64,000 nucleotides of DNA from the human T2T-CHM13v2.0 reference genome, Homo sapiens: the NCBI RefSeq assembly GCF_009914755.1, contig NC_060937.1, one strand, 5' to 3'. The position numbers and the translations under genes were made by a program. Shown piece after piece: positions 47,424 to 64,000 of this stretch; the first letter of the stretch is position 1, and each line of letters starts with the position of its first letter. Below the pieces are notes generated by a model. The model did not search any database. It was not told where the DNA came from and saw only the letters and a list, made by a program, of their open reading frames with translations.

Positions 47424-50111
47424 AATAATTTTTATTTGATCTTTAAGTACCTCTACTTGACTGGAGGTGTTAATTTAAAAACAGCATGTTTTGTTTAAAA
47501 GTGCATCACTAAACTTAATAAAAAGTCCTAGCAGACTCAGTCATAGTAAAACTTTCATGCTTTTTTTTTTGTCAACTATTATCCCTGCTATAAGGCTAAT
47601 AATTAAGCAAAATAGTACTGCAATGGAAACTCTCTGTCCAATATTTCAGTTAGAAGGTGTAACCATGTATAACCCCACTGCAAATAGTAGAGCGAGCATA
47701 GCAGTTCCCACAAGTGTGGTGTGGTAGATAATTTCTGTCTAAAATTTTACTTGCCAAGATATAGAATTCCCCGTTGGGAATCTATGAAGTTTCTTGGTTT
47801 TATTTTCCCAAAACAAACAAACCAACCCCTGGGTTATGGGCACCTTTCTCACTTTCATTACCTGGCAGAATTTGCAGGATAATTGCCCAGAACCAGCATA
47901 TTGATTCACATTTTTACGTTACCCATCCCTTTTTTTTCCCCAAGCTGATCACCACTTGATTCACAGGAATAAGCAGGGTTACTCTAAAATGTAGGCAAAA
48001 AGCTTAAAAATAATTAAAGAGACTAGGATGTAATGACAAATGTATGATAAGATTTGCAGCAAAAAATTTTTCTCTCCAGTCCTCACTTTTGGTAAAAACT
48101 AATTATGAGTAAACTTTTGTCTTATACTTGGCCTGATTATTTGCATAAAGTGCAGCAAGAATGGTTATTTTTACACAGGCCTTTTGGATTGGCTTTGATG
48201 AAACTCTGTTCCACAAGGAATTTCAAATAAGACTTTTAAAGCTGAGCCCAGCCATGGGTTTGTATCCTCTAATACCTGTGAGTTGGGTGATCCTCTCCTC
48301 TTGAGGTCCCAAGATAAACTTGGAGCTTCCAGACCTGTTAGAAAGTGACATTCTTTACTGACCACAGGTTAGGAACCCTGTGCAGGGACTGTGTAGACAA
48401 GGTATAAGGCCAGCTGTTCCCAAGGAGATTTTATTGGCTCTGCATGTCAAACCTGATTCCTTAAAAGGAAACACACCCTTTCAGTCAAAGCCTTGGTAAC
48501 AGTTGTGACCTGTTGACAAAGAAAAATGGATTCTTATTGCACTGATGCAAACAATTATATTGCCATAAGTTAAGAGTCTTCCCAGATAGTTAATTTTAGG
48601 GGAACCAGGCAGAGAAGAAAAAACATGCTCCAAATTTTGTTCATAGGAATATACCTTACTCAATTATTAAAGGCCATAAAGAGTTTAAACTAAGTTTCCT
48701 TCACTCTGAAAAACAAAACAAGGATTAGCAATATTCCAAGCAAAAGTTAAAAAGTTTGCTTTAACTTTCTGAGTGTAGTACATTTAGTTAACTCTTGTTT
48801 TGCTTGGTATTTGTGAACATGTTAGTTCTTTATGAGTCTCGTACCTTATTTCTCTATTCCAATGTTACAATCCTCAAAGCTATTAACAACCTGTATTTGA
48901 GAACAACTGTTAAAGTCTTTAATATAGCTTGATTATAAACCATCTTTTGAGAAGGAACAAAGCAAGACAACAATTGTCTGCAAATGGCAACATTTCCAGG
49001 ATAGTTACAGTTAAAAACATGACTGACAAAGAGGTTTGTTTATCTCTGTGGTTTACAATAACTTTACCATTAATTATGATGATAGCATATACTTAGACAC
49101 CAGAATTTTAGAAATCTCATACAATTTTGAACATATATTAGTATTATTCACCAAAATGTAACTTAAAGAAGATTGGACATCATTTTGGCAATCTCATGTG
49201 CCATAAATTATTTTGCAGAAATGATGACTCAAAAGGCAAAAATCTTTTATTAGCCTTTATTATGACATCAAAATCCTGTTTAAAGCCAAATTTTACCCTT
49301 GTATTAGTTTGTTAATGTTAACCCTAATTTGTTTAAATGAAACCTTGTAGGTCATTCCATCTAATTCTAACCAACATGAACATGAGGTGAAATTACTACA
49401 AACCTTTTATAATCATTTTACTAAAGGGCACATAAGTGTCTTAAGACCTCCTTCTTATGCTTTTATTTCAAATAATTATAATTTTTTATGTCCTCTTCAT
49501 GCCTTGACTATTTTATCTCTATGAAACTTCATCTTTGGTAATATTCTTTGCTCTAAAATATACTTTGTATTATGTTATTAATATCATTACAATAGTTTTT
49601 TTTTCTAACTGGTATTTGCATGGTACAACTTTTCCCATTGTATATATTGGTACAAATAAAAGTTGAGATTATATATACAGTCATATAACACATAATGACA
49701 TTTTGGTTAACAATGCACTGCATTCACAACGGTGATCCCATAAAATTATAATGGAGCTGAAAAATTCCTATGTCGTAGCCATCATGGCGCAATGTATTAC
49801 CTTTCCTATGTTTAGATACCTAAGTATTTATCATTGTGTTACAACTGCTTATAGCAGTGGTCCCCATCCTTTTTGGCACCAGGGACTGTTTTCGGAAGAC
49901 AATTTTTCCATGGACCGGGGCGGGGGTGGGAATGTTTTTGGGATGATTCTAGCACATTACATTTATTTCTTTATTATTCTTTATTATTATACTATTATAT
50001 ATTGTACTTTATTTCTTTATTATTATATTATAATATATAATGAAATAATTATACAACTCATCATAATATAAAATCATTGGAAGCCCCGAGCTTGTTTTCC
50101 TGCAACTAGGC

Positions 50112-50178
50112 TGTCCCATCTGGGAGTGATGTCCCATCTGGGAGTGATGTCCCATCCAGATGTCCCATCTGGGAGTGA
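50112..50178 (+). repeat. 18-bp tandem repeat (tgtcccatctgggagtga; three full copies plus one partial) within Charlie3
   Basis: Read directly from the sequence. Confidence 0.9.
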
Positions 50179-50990
50179 CACCTGAAGTGTGTTGCTTATG
50201 TCCAGTCTACTTCATAATCTTGTTTTGGTTGCTGTCACTGCAGAACACTTTGCTTCACAAAGATAGGATGTTGGAAATGGAAGCAGGCTTCTCAGTACTT
50301 TTGTGGCAGTCTCGGGATATTCTGCCTTGACTTTAATCCAGAACGTATGGAGATTTGAAGTTGTCTCAAACATACTTTTAGGACAGCTGTCATTTATGAT
50401 CTCAAGCAGTTGATTTTCTTCTATCAAAGACTAAGTCAATTCTCTTGGCTTATTCACCAATGGGTCATGGATCCATTCCCTCCCAGTTTGGAGGTCTTTT
50501 GTGGTTGGGAAGTAATGCTCAAACTCTTTTGAAAGATGAGCTAGGTGATCATGCACCAGCTGGGAGAAAGAATACCCTGGCTCAGTCTCTTTCGAAATCT
50601 CTGCTAATGATTGAAACATGTCAAAACTCCCAAAATTTACTCATCACTCCCATGATTCCAGTTTGGCTTTGAATGCAGCCACTTTATCTGCTGACTTGAA
50701 CACAACTATTCTTCTCCCCTGAAGCGACAGATTGAGTTCATTGAGAAGGTTGAATATATCACACAAGTAAGCAAGTTTTGTGGCCCATTCTGTGTCACTG
50801 AAATCTACTGCCAGTGGTGACTGTTTCTGAAAGAACTGTCTGGAGCACCTCTGGTAACTCAAAAACGCTGGCTGGTGATCTACCCTTAGAAAGCCATCTC
50901 ACTTTTGTATACGAGAGAAGACGTGTGTGCTCTGTGCCCATCTCTTCACCACAAAACTGTGTGAACAGATCTGAGTTAAGGCCATGAACC

Positions 50991-51311
<321 letters not shown>

Positions 51312-52931
51312 TGATTGATAATTTTAATCACATCCTGCAAAACGTTAAGTTCAGGTCACATTTTTGGCTAGCCAGCATTTCTCCACGGATGACACAGTGC
51401 ATAGACTCACACTCAGAAGGGACCTCTTTGACCTGAGTAGTGAACAGAAAGCTGCCCATGCATGTACCAACACAAAATGACCAATTCAGATTTCCTGATA
51501 TGTGATCATTCAAAGATTTGAATAGTTCTGTAGCTGTGGTGCTGGTTAACAACACAAGTGCACATAACTTACCCTCATGCACATCCTACTGAAAAATATA
51601 TTGCACAAAAACAAACATTTTTGCCTCGTTTTTAACATTGGTAGACTTATCAACCTGGATTGCGTACCATGGTGACTCACTGATCCTCTCTAACAATTGT
51701 GCCTCAATATCCTTTGGTATTTCATCAATTCATCTAGTTACGGTGCCACCTTTTGAACTGTAGCCTCTCCTAAAAGTTCATGACAAATATCCTAAGTAGC
51801 AGGCAAGATCAACTCTTCACCAGTAGCGAAGGACTTCTTAGCTTTAGCAATGTGGTTAGCCACAAGAATGATGCTCTGAGTGCAGACACATTTGATGAAG
51901 TGGTGCCTTCAACAATTACTTCTGTTCTTTGTGGCTACGTGTTTTCTTTTGAAAAGCTCCAAGCACTTGTCTTTTAATGCAGGTTGCTTTGTCTCCATGT
52001 GGTGAAGCAGTTTTGAAGGTTTTATGGCTTTGTTGAGTAGCCGGTAGCCACATATAATACAAAGTGGGCTTGGAGAATGTAAATCATCTGTTGTGATGAA
52101 CCTGTAATTTAAGTAGAAGTCTTGGTATTTTCTTTAAAATGCAACTTTCTTTTTGTTGGCAGCCTTAGAGTCTTCTGCTGTCTCATCATTTGAGTTTATT
52201 CCCCCTTTCAAATAAGCTCTACAGTGACATTTGTTTATTACTCATTTTGGCTAGGATTAGCTTGTGGGCCTACCAAAACTGTGACTGAGACAAGTATATG
52301 GTGTGGGAAAGAGGCACGGATGAAAGTGGTAAATAAAATAATGGTCAGGCCACTCATGGACTAAAATAAATGTCAGATTCTGACTTAAAGACTCCCACCA
52401 GATGCAGCTTAATTGTCACTTGCCACTCACTGATGGGTTTTGATATGAGTCTGCAAGCAATTGATTGATTATATCTCTGTGCAGTCAAACCTCTCTGCTG
52501 ATATTAATCTACGTTTGCAGCTGCTCCCCAGTGCTAGCATCAGTGTCTCAGCTCCACCTCAGGTCATCAGGCTTTAGATTCTCATAGGGAGCACTCAACT
52601 TAGGTCCCTCACATGCGCAGTTCACAATAGGGTTCACACTCCTATGAGAATTTAATGCCTCCTCCTGCTGTGTGGCCTGGTTCCTAACAGACTACAGCCC
52701 AGTACCAGTCCGTGGCCTGGGGGTTGGGGACCCCGGCCTATAGTATTCAGTACAGTAACATGCTGTACAGGTTTGTAGCCTAGAAGCAATAGGCTACACC
52801 ATAGAGCCTAGGTGTGTAATATACTATACCATCTAGGTTTGTGTAAGTATACCATGTTGTATTCATACAGTGATGAAATTGCCTAGTGATGCATTTCTCA
52901 GAAAGTATCTATGTTAAGTGACACATGACTG

Positions 52932-52933
<2 letters not shown>

Positions 52934-52962
<29 letters not shown>
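52934..52962. repeat. (CA)n microsatellite
   Basis: Read directly from the sequence. Confidence 0.95.
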
Positions 52963-53140
52963 GTATGTAGTCTTGAATGGTAGCGTACGATTGGATCCTC
53001 TTTTATACCTATTATCTGTTAGGTATAAAGAACGATCTTCAAAAGATATTAAATAACTAAAAGTTACATAACTGATGTTCTCTTTTCTTTTTATATCTAT
53101 ATTTTCCTCTTTTGATCAGTTATCTTGTGCCTGGAGGACT

Positions 53141-54843
<1,703 letters not shown>

Positions 54844-55024
54844 CCTGGAGGACTTCTTTAACACTCCTTTCTTACTGGTGATAAATTTTTCAGCTTTTGT
54901 ATATCTGAAAAATGAATTATTTTGCCAGAATTTCAAAAGATGTTTTCCTTGTTTATGTATTGTTATATAATAATTTTCTTTTTTTTTAATAGCATAGCTA
55001 TTTTTTGAGCTCACTACAGGCTAG

Positions 55025-55446
55025 TGATATGGTTTGAGTCTGTGTCCCCACCCAAATCTCATGTCAAATTGTAATCTCCAATGTTGGAAATGGGGCCTGG
55101 TGGGAGGTGATTGGGTCATAGGTATGGTTTCTTGCCACTGGTTTGGCACCATCTCCTCAGTACTGTCCTTGTGACAGTAAGTTCTCATGAGATTTGGTGG
55201 TTTAAAAGTGTGTAGCACCCCCTGCCCCGCCTTGCTCCTGCTTCCACCACATAAGAAGCTTGCTCTCACTTTGCCTTCTACCATGATTGGAAGCTTCCTG
55301 AGGCCTCCACAGAAACAGAAGCTGCTATACTTCCGTTTATGCTTCCTTTATAGGCTGCAGAACGGTGAGCCAATTAAATCTATTTCCTTTTTAAATTACC
55401 CAGTCTCAGGTATTTCATTACAGCAATGCAAGAATGAACTAATACA
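55025..55446 (+). mobile_element. MSTA-like MaLR solo LTR inserted in a MIR
   Basis: 'tgatatggtttgagtctgtgtccccacccaaatctcatg...gaactaataca'; TSD gcta(g/t). Confidence 0.9.
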
Positions 55447-56269
55447 GCTATCCTACTTCTTAGCCTTTTCCCTTATCATCTATTTCTTACAGCCCAATGA
55501 GGTAGGAGCTACCATCATCTAATTTTGCATGTGAGGGGACTGAGGCACAAACAGGCTGTATCACTGGCCCAAGGTAGAGTAGAAAATAGGCTCAGAAGTC
55601 ACCTGCCTTCAATCTCCCAGACAGGAAGTGGGGCAAGACTCTAAACCCACTCTGCTCCAGGGCAATGTTTTAAGCAGGGAAGGGATAAGGTCAGTTCTGC
55701 ACTTTAGGAAGATGGGACTGGATGCAGTGCTGAGGACTGGAAGAATGCAGCGTCCTGAGAAGTTTCTAGATTAGTGCCCAAATCACCCACAGCATGCCCT
55801 ACCCACAGGTCTCAGCCTACTTGAAACAGAACAGGAATTAATAGAGAAGTGCTGTAATACTTTTTCTTTCAGGACTTTTAGAATGCTATCCACTATCTTC
55901 TTGCTTGCTTTGTTTCCAATAAGAAACCTGCTGTTATCCTTAGTTTATCTTACCTAATGAATCTTCCTTTTTCTTTCACTGAGTTTAAGGTTTTTTTCTC
56001 TTTATCATTGTTTCTGAGAAAGTTGATGTTCATTGTGTTTCTTGGTTGTAGGAGTTTATACATTCATCAAATTTGGAAGTTTTTTTGTTAACTATTATTT
56101 CTTCAAGTATTTATATTTTCCTCCAGTCTCCTCTTTTTTAAGGATTTCAGTTACACTAGTATTAGACCCTTGAAATGTGATACATAGTTAACTAGTGCTT
56201 TCTATTTTCTTGAAGGCTTTCTTCTCTGTGTTTCAGTTTAGATTGTTTCTATTGCCCTATCTTAAAATT

Positions 56270-56488
56270 GCTGCATATAAGTATGTATTTTAAATCATTT
56301 CTGGATTATTTATAATACCTAATACAACGTAAATGCCATGTTATATGTTATTATTTAGGGAATAATACAAGAAAAGACATTTGTACATATTTAGTACAGA
56401 TGCAACCATCATAGGCCTAACTGTATTTTCAACTCATGATTGGTTGAATCTGCAGATGTGGAGTCTATGGATATAAGGTGCTGACTGT
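56270..56488 (+). mobile_element. MER2-like TcMar-Tigger fragment
   Basis: 'ataatacctaatacaacgtaaatgc...ttggttgaatctgcagatgtggag...ctgactgta'. Confidence 0.75.
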
Positions 56489-56489
56489 A

Positions 56490-58830
56490 TTTTTTATGCT
56501 ATCATAAATGGGATTGTTTTCTTAATTTTAGGGGTAGTTATTATTACCATAGAAATACTACTGATCAGTTTTTGTTGATTCATATCCTGCAACTTTACTA
56601 AATGTATTTATCAGTTCTCATGTGTTTTTGGTGGAGGCTTTTCTATCTATAAGATAATGTTATCAGCAAACAGAGACAATTTATTTTCTGTCTCCTATTT
56701 CAAAATGCCTTTTATTGATTTTTTTCTTGCCTAATTACTCTGGCTAAGACTTCCAATAGTATGTTGAATAGAAGTGGAGAGAGTGGGAATTTGTATTGTC
56801 CCTGATCTTAAAGGAAAAGCTTTCAACTCTTCACCATTGAGTATGATGTTAGCTGTGGGCTTGTCATGTATGACCTTTATTGTGTTGAGTAACATTCTTT
56901 CTATATCTTTTTTTTGGGTATTTTTTTTTCAATCATGAAAGGATGTTGAATTTTGTCATATGTTTTTCTTCATTTATTGAGATGATCATATATATGTTTT
57001 TTGTCTTTTATTCTGTTAATATAGTAAATCACATTTATTAATTTGCATATGTTGAACCATCCTTGCATTCTTGGGGTAAATCCTTCTTGGCCTTGGTGAA
57101 TGATCCTATAAATGCTGTTGAATTTGGGTTGCTAGTACTTTGTTGAGGATTTTAGCATCTATACTAATCAGGGATATTGGCCTGTAATTTTATTTTCTTG
57201 TAGTGTCTTTGTCTGGCTTTGGTATCAGGGTAATTTCTGTCCTCATAAAATGAGTTTGAAAGTTTCCCCATCTTTGATTGTTTGGAAGAGTTTGAGAATT
57301 GGTACTAGTTCTTTAAGTGTTTGGTAGAATTCACCTGTGAAGACTTCTGGTCCTGGGTATTTCTTTGATGGAAGACATTTTATTACTGATTCAATTTTCT
57401 TACTTACTATTGGTGTGTTTGGATTTTCTATTCCTTCATAACTCAGTTTTCGTCAATTATATTTCTAGGAATTTATCCATTTCTTCTAGGCTATCTAATT
57501 TGTTGGCATATAATTCTTTATTTTATCATTTTATAACCCTTGTACTTTTGTGGTATCAGTTGTACCATGTTTCCTCTTACATTTCTGATTTTACTTATTT
57601 GAATCTTTTCTCGTTTTTTCTTATTCAGCGTAATTAATGGCTTATCAATTTTGTTTATCTGTCTTTTCTATTGTTTTTATAGTCTCTCTTTCACATTTAC
57701 TTCTGCTCCTATCTTTGTTATTTCCTTCCTTCTGCTAAATTTGAGCTTAGTTTATTATTCTTTATCTAGTTCCTTGAGGTATAACATTAAGTTTTTATTG
57801 ATATCTTTGTCTTTTTTGATGAAGGTTCTTATTGGAATAAAATTTTCTCTTTGAACTGCTTGTGCTGCATCCCATAAGTTTTGGTATGCCTGGTTTTCAT
57901 TTTTGTTTGTCTGTCTCAAGGTATTTTAAAATTTCCCTTTTAATCTCTTTCTTAACACATTGGTTGTTAAGAAGTATATTGCTTAATTTCCATTTATTTG
58001 CACATTTTCAGAAGTTTCTTCTGTTGTTGATTTCCAGTTTTATTCCACCATGATTGGGAAAAAATACTTGATATAATTTTAATCTCTTTAATTTTGTTAA
58101 GACTTGTTTTTTGGCCTAACATATGCTCTATCCAAGAGAATATTCCATGTACACTTGAGAAGAATATGTAATCTGTTGCTGTTAGATGAAATATTCTGTA
58201 TATGTCATGAGGTTCTTTTGCTGTAAAGTATAGTTAAAGTCCAATATTTTCTTACTTATTTTCTGCTGAAAAATCTGTCCATGTCAAAAGTGGGTTACTA
58301 AACTTCCATATTATTATTGCATTACATTCTGTTTCTCCTTTCAGATCCTTCGATATTTGCTTTATATATTTAGGTGCTTTGATATTGAGTGCATATGTAT
58401 TTATAATTGTTACATCCTCTTGATTAATTGACTTCTTTTTGTTATATAATGACCTTCATTGTCTCTTTGTATAGTTTTTTATTTACAGTCTATATTGTCT
58501 GATGTAAGTATACCTACCTTTGCTCTCTTTTGATTTCCATTTGCACAGAATGTGTTTTTCCATCCTTTCACTTACAATCTGTGTGTTTACTTAAAGGTGA
58601 AATGAGCCTCTTGTAGGCAGCAGATAGTTAGGTTTTTTAAAAAATCCTTTCTGCCACCCTATGTCTTTTGATTGGAGAATTTAATCCATTTACATCCAAA
58701 GTTATTACTGATAACTAAGGACTTACTACTGTTACTTTATCAATTGTTTTATAGATTCTTTGTTCTTTTGTTTTTCTTTCTTTCTTGGAGTCTTTCTTTA
58801 TGGTCTGATGGTTTTCTGTAGAAGTATAAT
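56490..58830 (-). mobile_element. Old L1M ORF2 fragment
   Basis: T-rich antisense L1 ORF2 motifs ('ttccaatagtatgttgaatagaagtgg', 'tctggctttggtatcagggtaat'). Confidence 0.85.
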
Positions 58831-59500
58831 TTGAATTTTTTTTAAAAAAATCTTTCTCATTGTTGTAATTCCAGCACCTTGCACAATCCTAGTATACTTC
58901 AGATACTCATTGTTCGTTGAATTCAAAGGAAATAGCTTCAAATCATGTTTAAAACTACGGTTACCTTTTGTTTCTGTTTCCCTCAACCAATATTGATTCT
59001 TCTTACATAATTATATTTATAATTATCCTTTCTTGTGAGTCTCACTACCTCAATTTTAGTTCAGACCTTTTTAGCCTCAAATCTTTATCAGTGCTAAGCT
59101 TCCAAAATGCCTCCAGCTTTCCAGGGGCTCTTCATTACTCCTTTCATGAATACTGTCTCCTCAAGGTAATGTCAAGCCACTTTGATCATTTTGATGCTAG
59201 TATGTATAGGTTAAAACCACATCCCACTGGCATTAAGGTCTCTGCAATCTGATACCCTTCAACATATGCAGCCTCATCTATTTCCTAACTTCCCCAGACC
59301 ATAGGAAAATATTATGTTTCAGTGGAAAACTAGAGCATTATCTCTCAAGGGGTAATTTGATTCTGAGTCTGTGGGAGTTCTGCACCTTTCAATATCTTGA
59401 AGCTATTTTCAAACTCTGTAAATGGTAGATAACTCATAGCAATGCAAAATAATTCTTGTCTATAGATGTCTAATTCAGATGTTATCTAAAAGTTAGTTCA

Positions 59501-59844
<344 letters not shown>

Positions 59845-61909
59845 GAAAAAGTTATTTATGAAACAATATAGTAAGGAACCATTAAGTAGAGGTGAAAGAT
59901 GTGGAAAAGTTTAAACTATAGAATATTCCTTAAAACCTGATAAAGAATTGGAAGCATTTGGCTAATTAACATTTTCATAGTTAAAGCTTTTAGTCTTCAT
60001 TAAAGTAAGAAGTATTGTAAAAATGCATGGGCAATTTGACAATTCTTTTTTTAACATAGTTAAGCATGAAGCTGGATTTATCACAGAACCAAATGTCACA
60101 TATATGCTTGCATTACTTCACACTATGTTTACTGCCGTACGTGGATAGTGTGGTTATTGGTCGTGTGCCTTAAGTGAATTACTTAATTGCACAGGATGTA
60201 TGATGGCGTTGGTGAACTTGGGGATGTTGAATTGAGTATCAGGAATAAAATATTCATTATGTGGGTTTTCTGGGGCCCTAGGAAACACTGTTGGCTAGGG
60301 AAAATTGAGTATGAAAATTTAGGGTTGGTTTCCTGTTTATTTGTTTTTGCTCTAGTTTTCATTCCTTTGCTCTTTATTCTCCTCTGATTTTGCTTGTGTA
60401 TCCATATATATAAAATCATGATTTTATTATTTTAGTTTGGTTTTTATTTCGTTATGTGAATAGTTGTTTTGCTTCCTATGCACTTCTAGCAAGTCATCTT
60501 CCGTTCCATTTATCTGGAATTCCTAAACTACTTTTGTCAGGCCTGCAAGAATTAATGGAACACGCCAGCTTTTTATCCTTAAACTAACCTTGGATTTTAG
60601 CCTTCCTGGTACTTTGTGTTAAGTATACTCTCACAAATAGAATTTGAGTCATATTTCTCTCTCTGCCTAACTTCTCCAATATTTGTAAACTATTCATGAA
60701 TATTCTTAATTCATGTGTTCTTTTGCATACATTCAAGCAGGGTCGCCAGGGTCGCTCAGGGAGAGAGAACCCAGACACCTGGCACGCAGGCATAAGGGTA
60801 AGAATTTCTTACCAGTCAGTCTTGGGCCTCTTTCTCTCTATGCAAACTGGTTAATCTCCTTTGTGAAGTTTTAAGTTAATTGGTTTAATAATAAGAAGAA
60901 CTTAAATCAAATATTTTGTCAGAAAAGTGAAAAACGTAATGCCTTTTATTTAGTTCATGTGACTTGAGTAATCTTTGGGAAATAAAGACGGTTTTAAAGA
61001 TTGTTAGTAAAACAATTGTCTTCAAAATGTAAACATGGTCTAAATTATGTTCAACTGTCAGGTTTGCTAAATGCTTTAATGCCATAAGCTGCTTCTTTGG
61101 CTTTTGAAAATTGTTTAACTTGCCTGCTTTCCAGCTAAGTAAGGCCTGGGGACATGTGGAGTTGGCCACGCCCCTAGCTGTGCTGGAAATAGTCAAACCT
61201 TATCAGAATATAACTTACCAGGTTTTACATTAAAGTTAAAATTGCTAGGAGTCGCTATTGTAACATGCAATTAAGACTACTAGAAACAGTTTTACATGCA
61301 AGATGTGTAAGAACAGTAGAATATGGAGTTTTTTTTGTAAAAGGATATAAAAGGTTTTTGCTTCTTTAAAACTTCTGAGTCATCATTTTGGCAAATAAAT
61401 AATTTACGGTAATGTGGAACCCCAAAATCAAACTTCAGTTTAAAAATTGTCTTTCCTGATGCCTGAAAACATCCAGAAAAGAGGTAAGCAGGATTATTTG
61501 ACATGTTTACATACATGGGATTGCCAAAATGATGTTTAATCTTCTTTAGGTTGTATTTTTGTGAATAATACTAATACAGATTCTAAAATTGTATAAAGCT
61601 ACTGATACAAGTAAAACAAAAAATTAAATATAATTAATTAATATTAATTTCATGTTAAACCAGCTAATACTTAAATTGTTTAAAATAGCTTATAACCAAT
61701 GCTTGATCCCATATTCCTGAGAAAATAATTAAAGCTTCAGGTACATTTGGTCACCTGGTCGGCCATTTAAACATTTATAAAGGGATTTCATTCAATTGTT
61801 ATTTTCAAGGCATGTTTTCTGGTTGTATAAAAGCTTTCCTATGCCAGAGGACTGATGTTATAACAGTAGATTATTATGCTACAATGTATTTTCACTATGT
61901 AAAGAAAGC

Positions 61910-62196
61910 TTTTTTTTTAAACTTTTTTTTATTTTTATTTTTTTTGAGACAGAGTCTCGCTCCGTCGCCCAGGCTAGAGTGCAGTGGTGTGATCTCGGCC
62001 CACGCAAACTCTGCCTCCTGGGTTCAAGCTAGTTTCCTGCTGCAGCCTCCCAAGTAGCTGGGATTACAGGCACCTGCCACCGTGCCTGGCTAATTTTTTT
62101 ATTTAGTAGAAATGGGGTTTCTCCATGTTGGCCTGCCTGGTCTCGAACTCCTGACCTCAGGTGATCCACCTGCCTTGGCCTCCCACAGTGCTGGGA
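61910..62196 (-). mobile_element. AluS missing its 5'-most ~30 bp
   Basis: Antisense Alu ending abruptly at 'cacagtgctggga'. Confidence 0.92.
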
Positions 62197-63949
62197 GCTG
62201 GTTTGCTCCATTACTTCCTGCAGGCCCGAAAAAAGTAGTTTAGGAATTCAAATTTTATGGTTTGAATCTTCTGGAAACATCACAGAAAGACTATCCTTGC
62301 CATCCACACTACAACAAAACTTTGGGACCTTGAACTTTGAGTTCATAATCTCACAACTGAGAAGGGCACCTCCATGCTCTTGGAGCTGTGCACCCACTGG
62401 AACGCTTAGGTTAAAACTGACCACAGAAATTTTTCCCAAGAAGAAGATGGCATCCTTGATGTGAACAGCTTTTCCCAAGTTCACAGATTAAGACTTCTAC
62501 TGTCACAAAACTCTTATCTTTGAATATTTTTTCTTGCTTATGCCTCTACGAACAATAGAAGTGGAAAAGGGATCTGTTATGTGCACTTATGGGATATACT
62601 TTTATTTGTGAAGGAGTTTGCAGTCAGCCTTATACATGGATAACTTTCTACTTTGATAGATAAAAGATGAAGGCCCAATGTAGGTAAGAAACTTTAATGC
62701 TACATGCGTTGCCTCATAATCAGTCAAAAACAAAACACTGGTTCACTCCTCTTAACCCATATCATGGATTAAAGAGAATATTGACGGAAGGCCTTCACTC
62801 TTCTAAAAGTCCATCATTTGTTAGGTCCGTTTTCCATGGTTTAAAGTAAAAGAAGCAATGATTAGAAATGTATCCCTCATGATAGCTTCTATAACAAATT
62901 CTACCATAAAGGCTACAGTTACACAATAGAATCTAAATTCTCTTCTGAGAGTTATGATAGAATTGGCTAAACAGAGAAGTGTCTGTGAAGCTGCTGGCAT
63001 TTGTGGCCTATGGAGAAATACATCAAATGAAGATTATAGAAATTCAGTGGTAGGGCACTGACGAAGAAAATGCTTCGTCAAGTGGGTAAGCTCTTTATCT
63101 AGCTCATTCTTTGACCTATTTGATTTTAGGAGGTTTAGTTTATGGGGACCATGGGTAAGGAGCATATTCCAAACTCTTGGTATTATCCTCCTGATAGTCA
63201 TAATAATAGCCTCCCTGGTGCCCTGTATTCTCTCAAGGGTTTTAAATACTTGCATGCAGCCATCTCTAGAATGTCATATGGTCTCTCTTCAACTGGAATG
63301 AGAAGAGCTGAAAGAAATGTGCAACCATGAGGACACCGTAACCTATGAATGATGTGCTGAGATGGGAAACCCAAAATGATGGTAACTGAGAGTGGCGCTA
63401 AGGCCCTATGTTTTGGTCACACTCTTACCTAAGTGAGAATTTGACCAAAAAGAGGGAATTTTTTTAAACAAAATTCTGAGAGTCCATTGTTTTGGACTGA
63501 GCTCATGTACTAGGCCCCAACAAACCAAACCAAACCAAACCAAAATGGAGTCGCTTGTGCTAAGACTTTAAGGAAACACATAGATTCTAGAACAGACCAG
63601 GTTTTGTTTTTCCTCCTGCAGATCTCTATAACAAACATTTCTGATAGCATAGATATCCACCCCCTGAAGTTCCCATTAAGTCTGTTAACCAAATTCATTT
63701 CCTTTCGCCTAGAGACCATCAAACTTATGATCGTGTAACAAAAGTTCCAGCCAGTTCCAGGTGAAGACACCACCACTGGCCATCAGGAAGCTACCCTGCC
63801 TCCACGAGTTGGAGCAGGGTGAGAGTTCCATGATCCCCAATAGGTAGGGACTACACTTGGAGCCAGCATGAAGCAGTTACAGAAAAAAGAACATTGGTCC
63901 TTCTGCCTCCCATAAAGATTTATGGGGATCACATCTCTCAGTGGGGAGA

Positions 63950-64000
63950 AGAGGCAGTAAAGTAGGGTGTGGAGGCAGGGAACATAAGGCCGATTCATAC
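63950..64000 (+). mobile_element. Start of a MER51 3' LTR, running off the window
   Basis: 'gaggcagtaaagtagggtgtggaggcagggaacataaggccgattca' matches a recalled MER51 5' end. Confidence 0.8.

Noticed and set aside
50112-50178. Short repeat array considered as CRISPR-like
   Set aside because: Head-to-tail 18-mers without spacers, in primate transposon DNA.

Overview
Primate (very probably human or great-ape) non-genic or intronic DNA, dominated by transposable elements. I found no protein-coding host gene, tRNA/rRNA gene or CRISPR array. The ORFs I could assign are decayed L1 ORF2, ERV gag/pol/env or hAT transposase fragments; the rest look like chance ORFs in Alu, LTR or unique DNA. Contents: two young L1PA copies in opposite orientation (1-3685 +, 53141-54843 -), older L1PB/L1MA/L1M pieces, 16 Alus, a THE1 MaLR provirus, four ERV1-class proviral remnants (MER66-like, MER52, MER61, MER51), several solo LTRs, MER82/MER30/MER2/Tigger3 DNA-transposon fossils, a near-full-length Charlie3, and MIR/L2 relics. 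Unique DNA includes a CpG-rich promoter-like island (~9.5-10.1 kb) with nearby splice signals, an enhancer-like block rich in TGTCA/homeobox motifs (~37.8-38.6 kb) and a 189-bp near-tandem duplication (30.7-31.1 kb). The most unusual items are a 51-nt, hairpin-rich, LTR-like RNA retroposed with its own poly(A) tail and TSD (45693-45759), a tailless Alu with an intact TSD, a THE1 whose TSD abuts a 5' LTR reduced to 48 bp, and an L1 with a double tail. Repeat family names come from my recall of consensus sequences, not from a database search.
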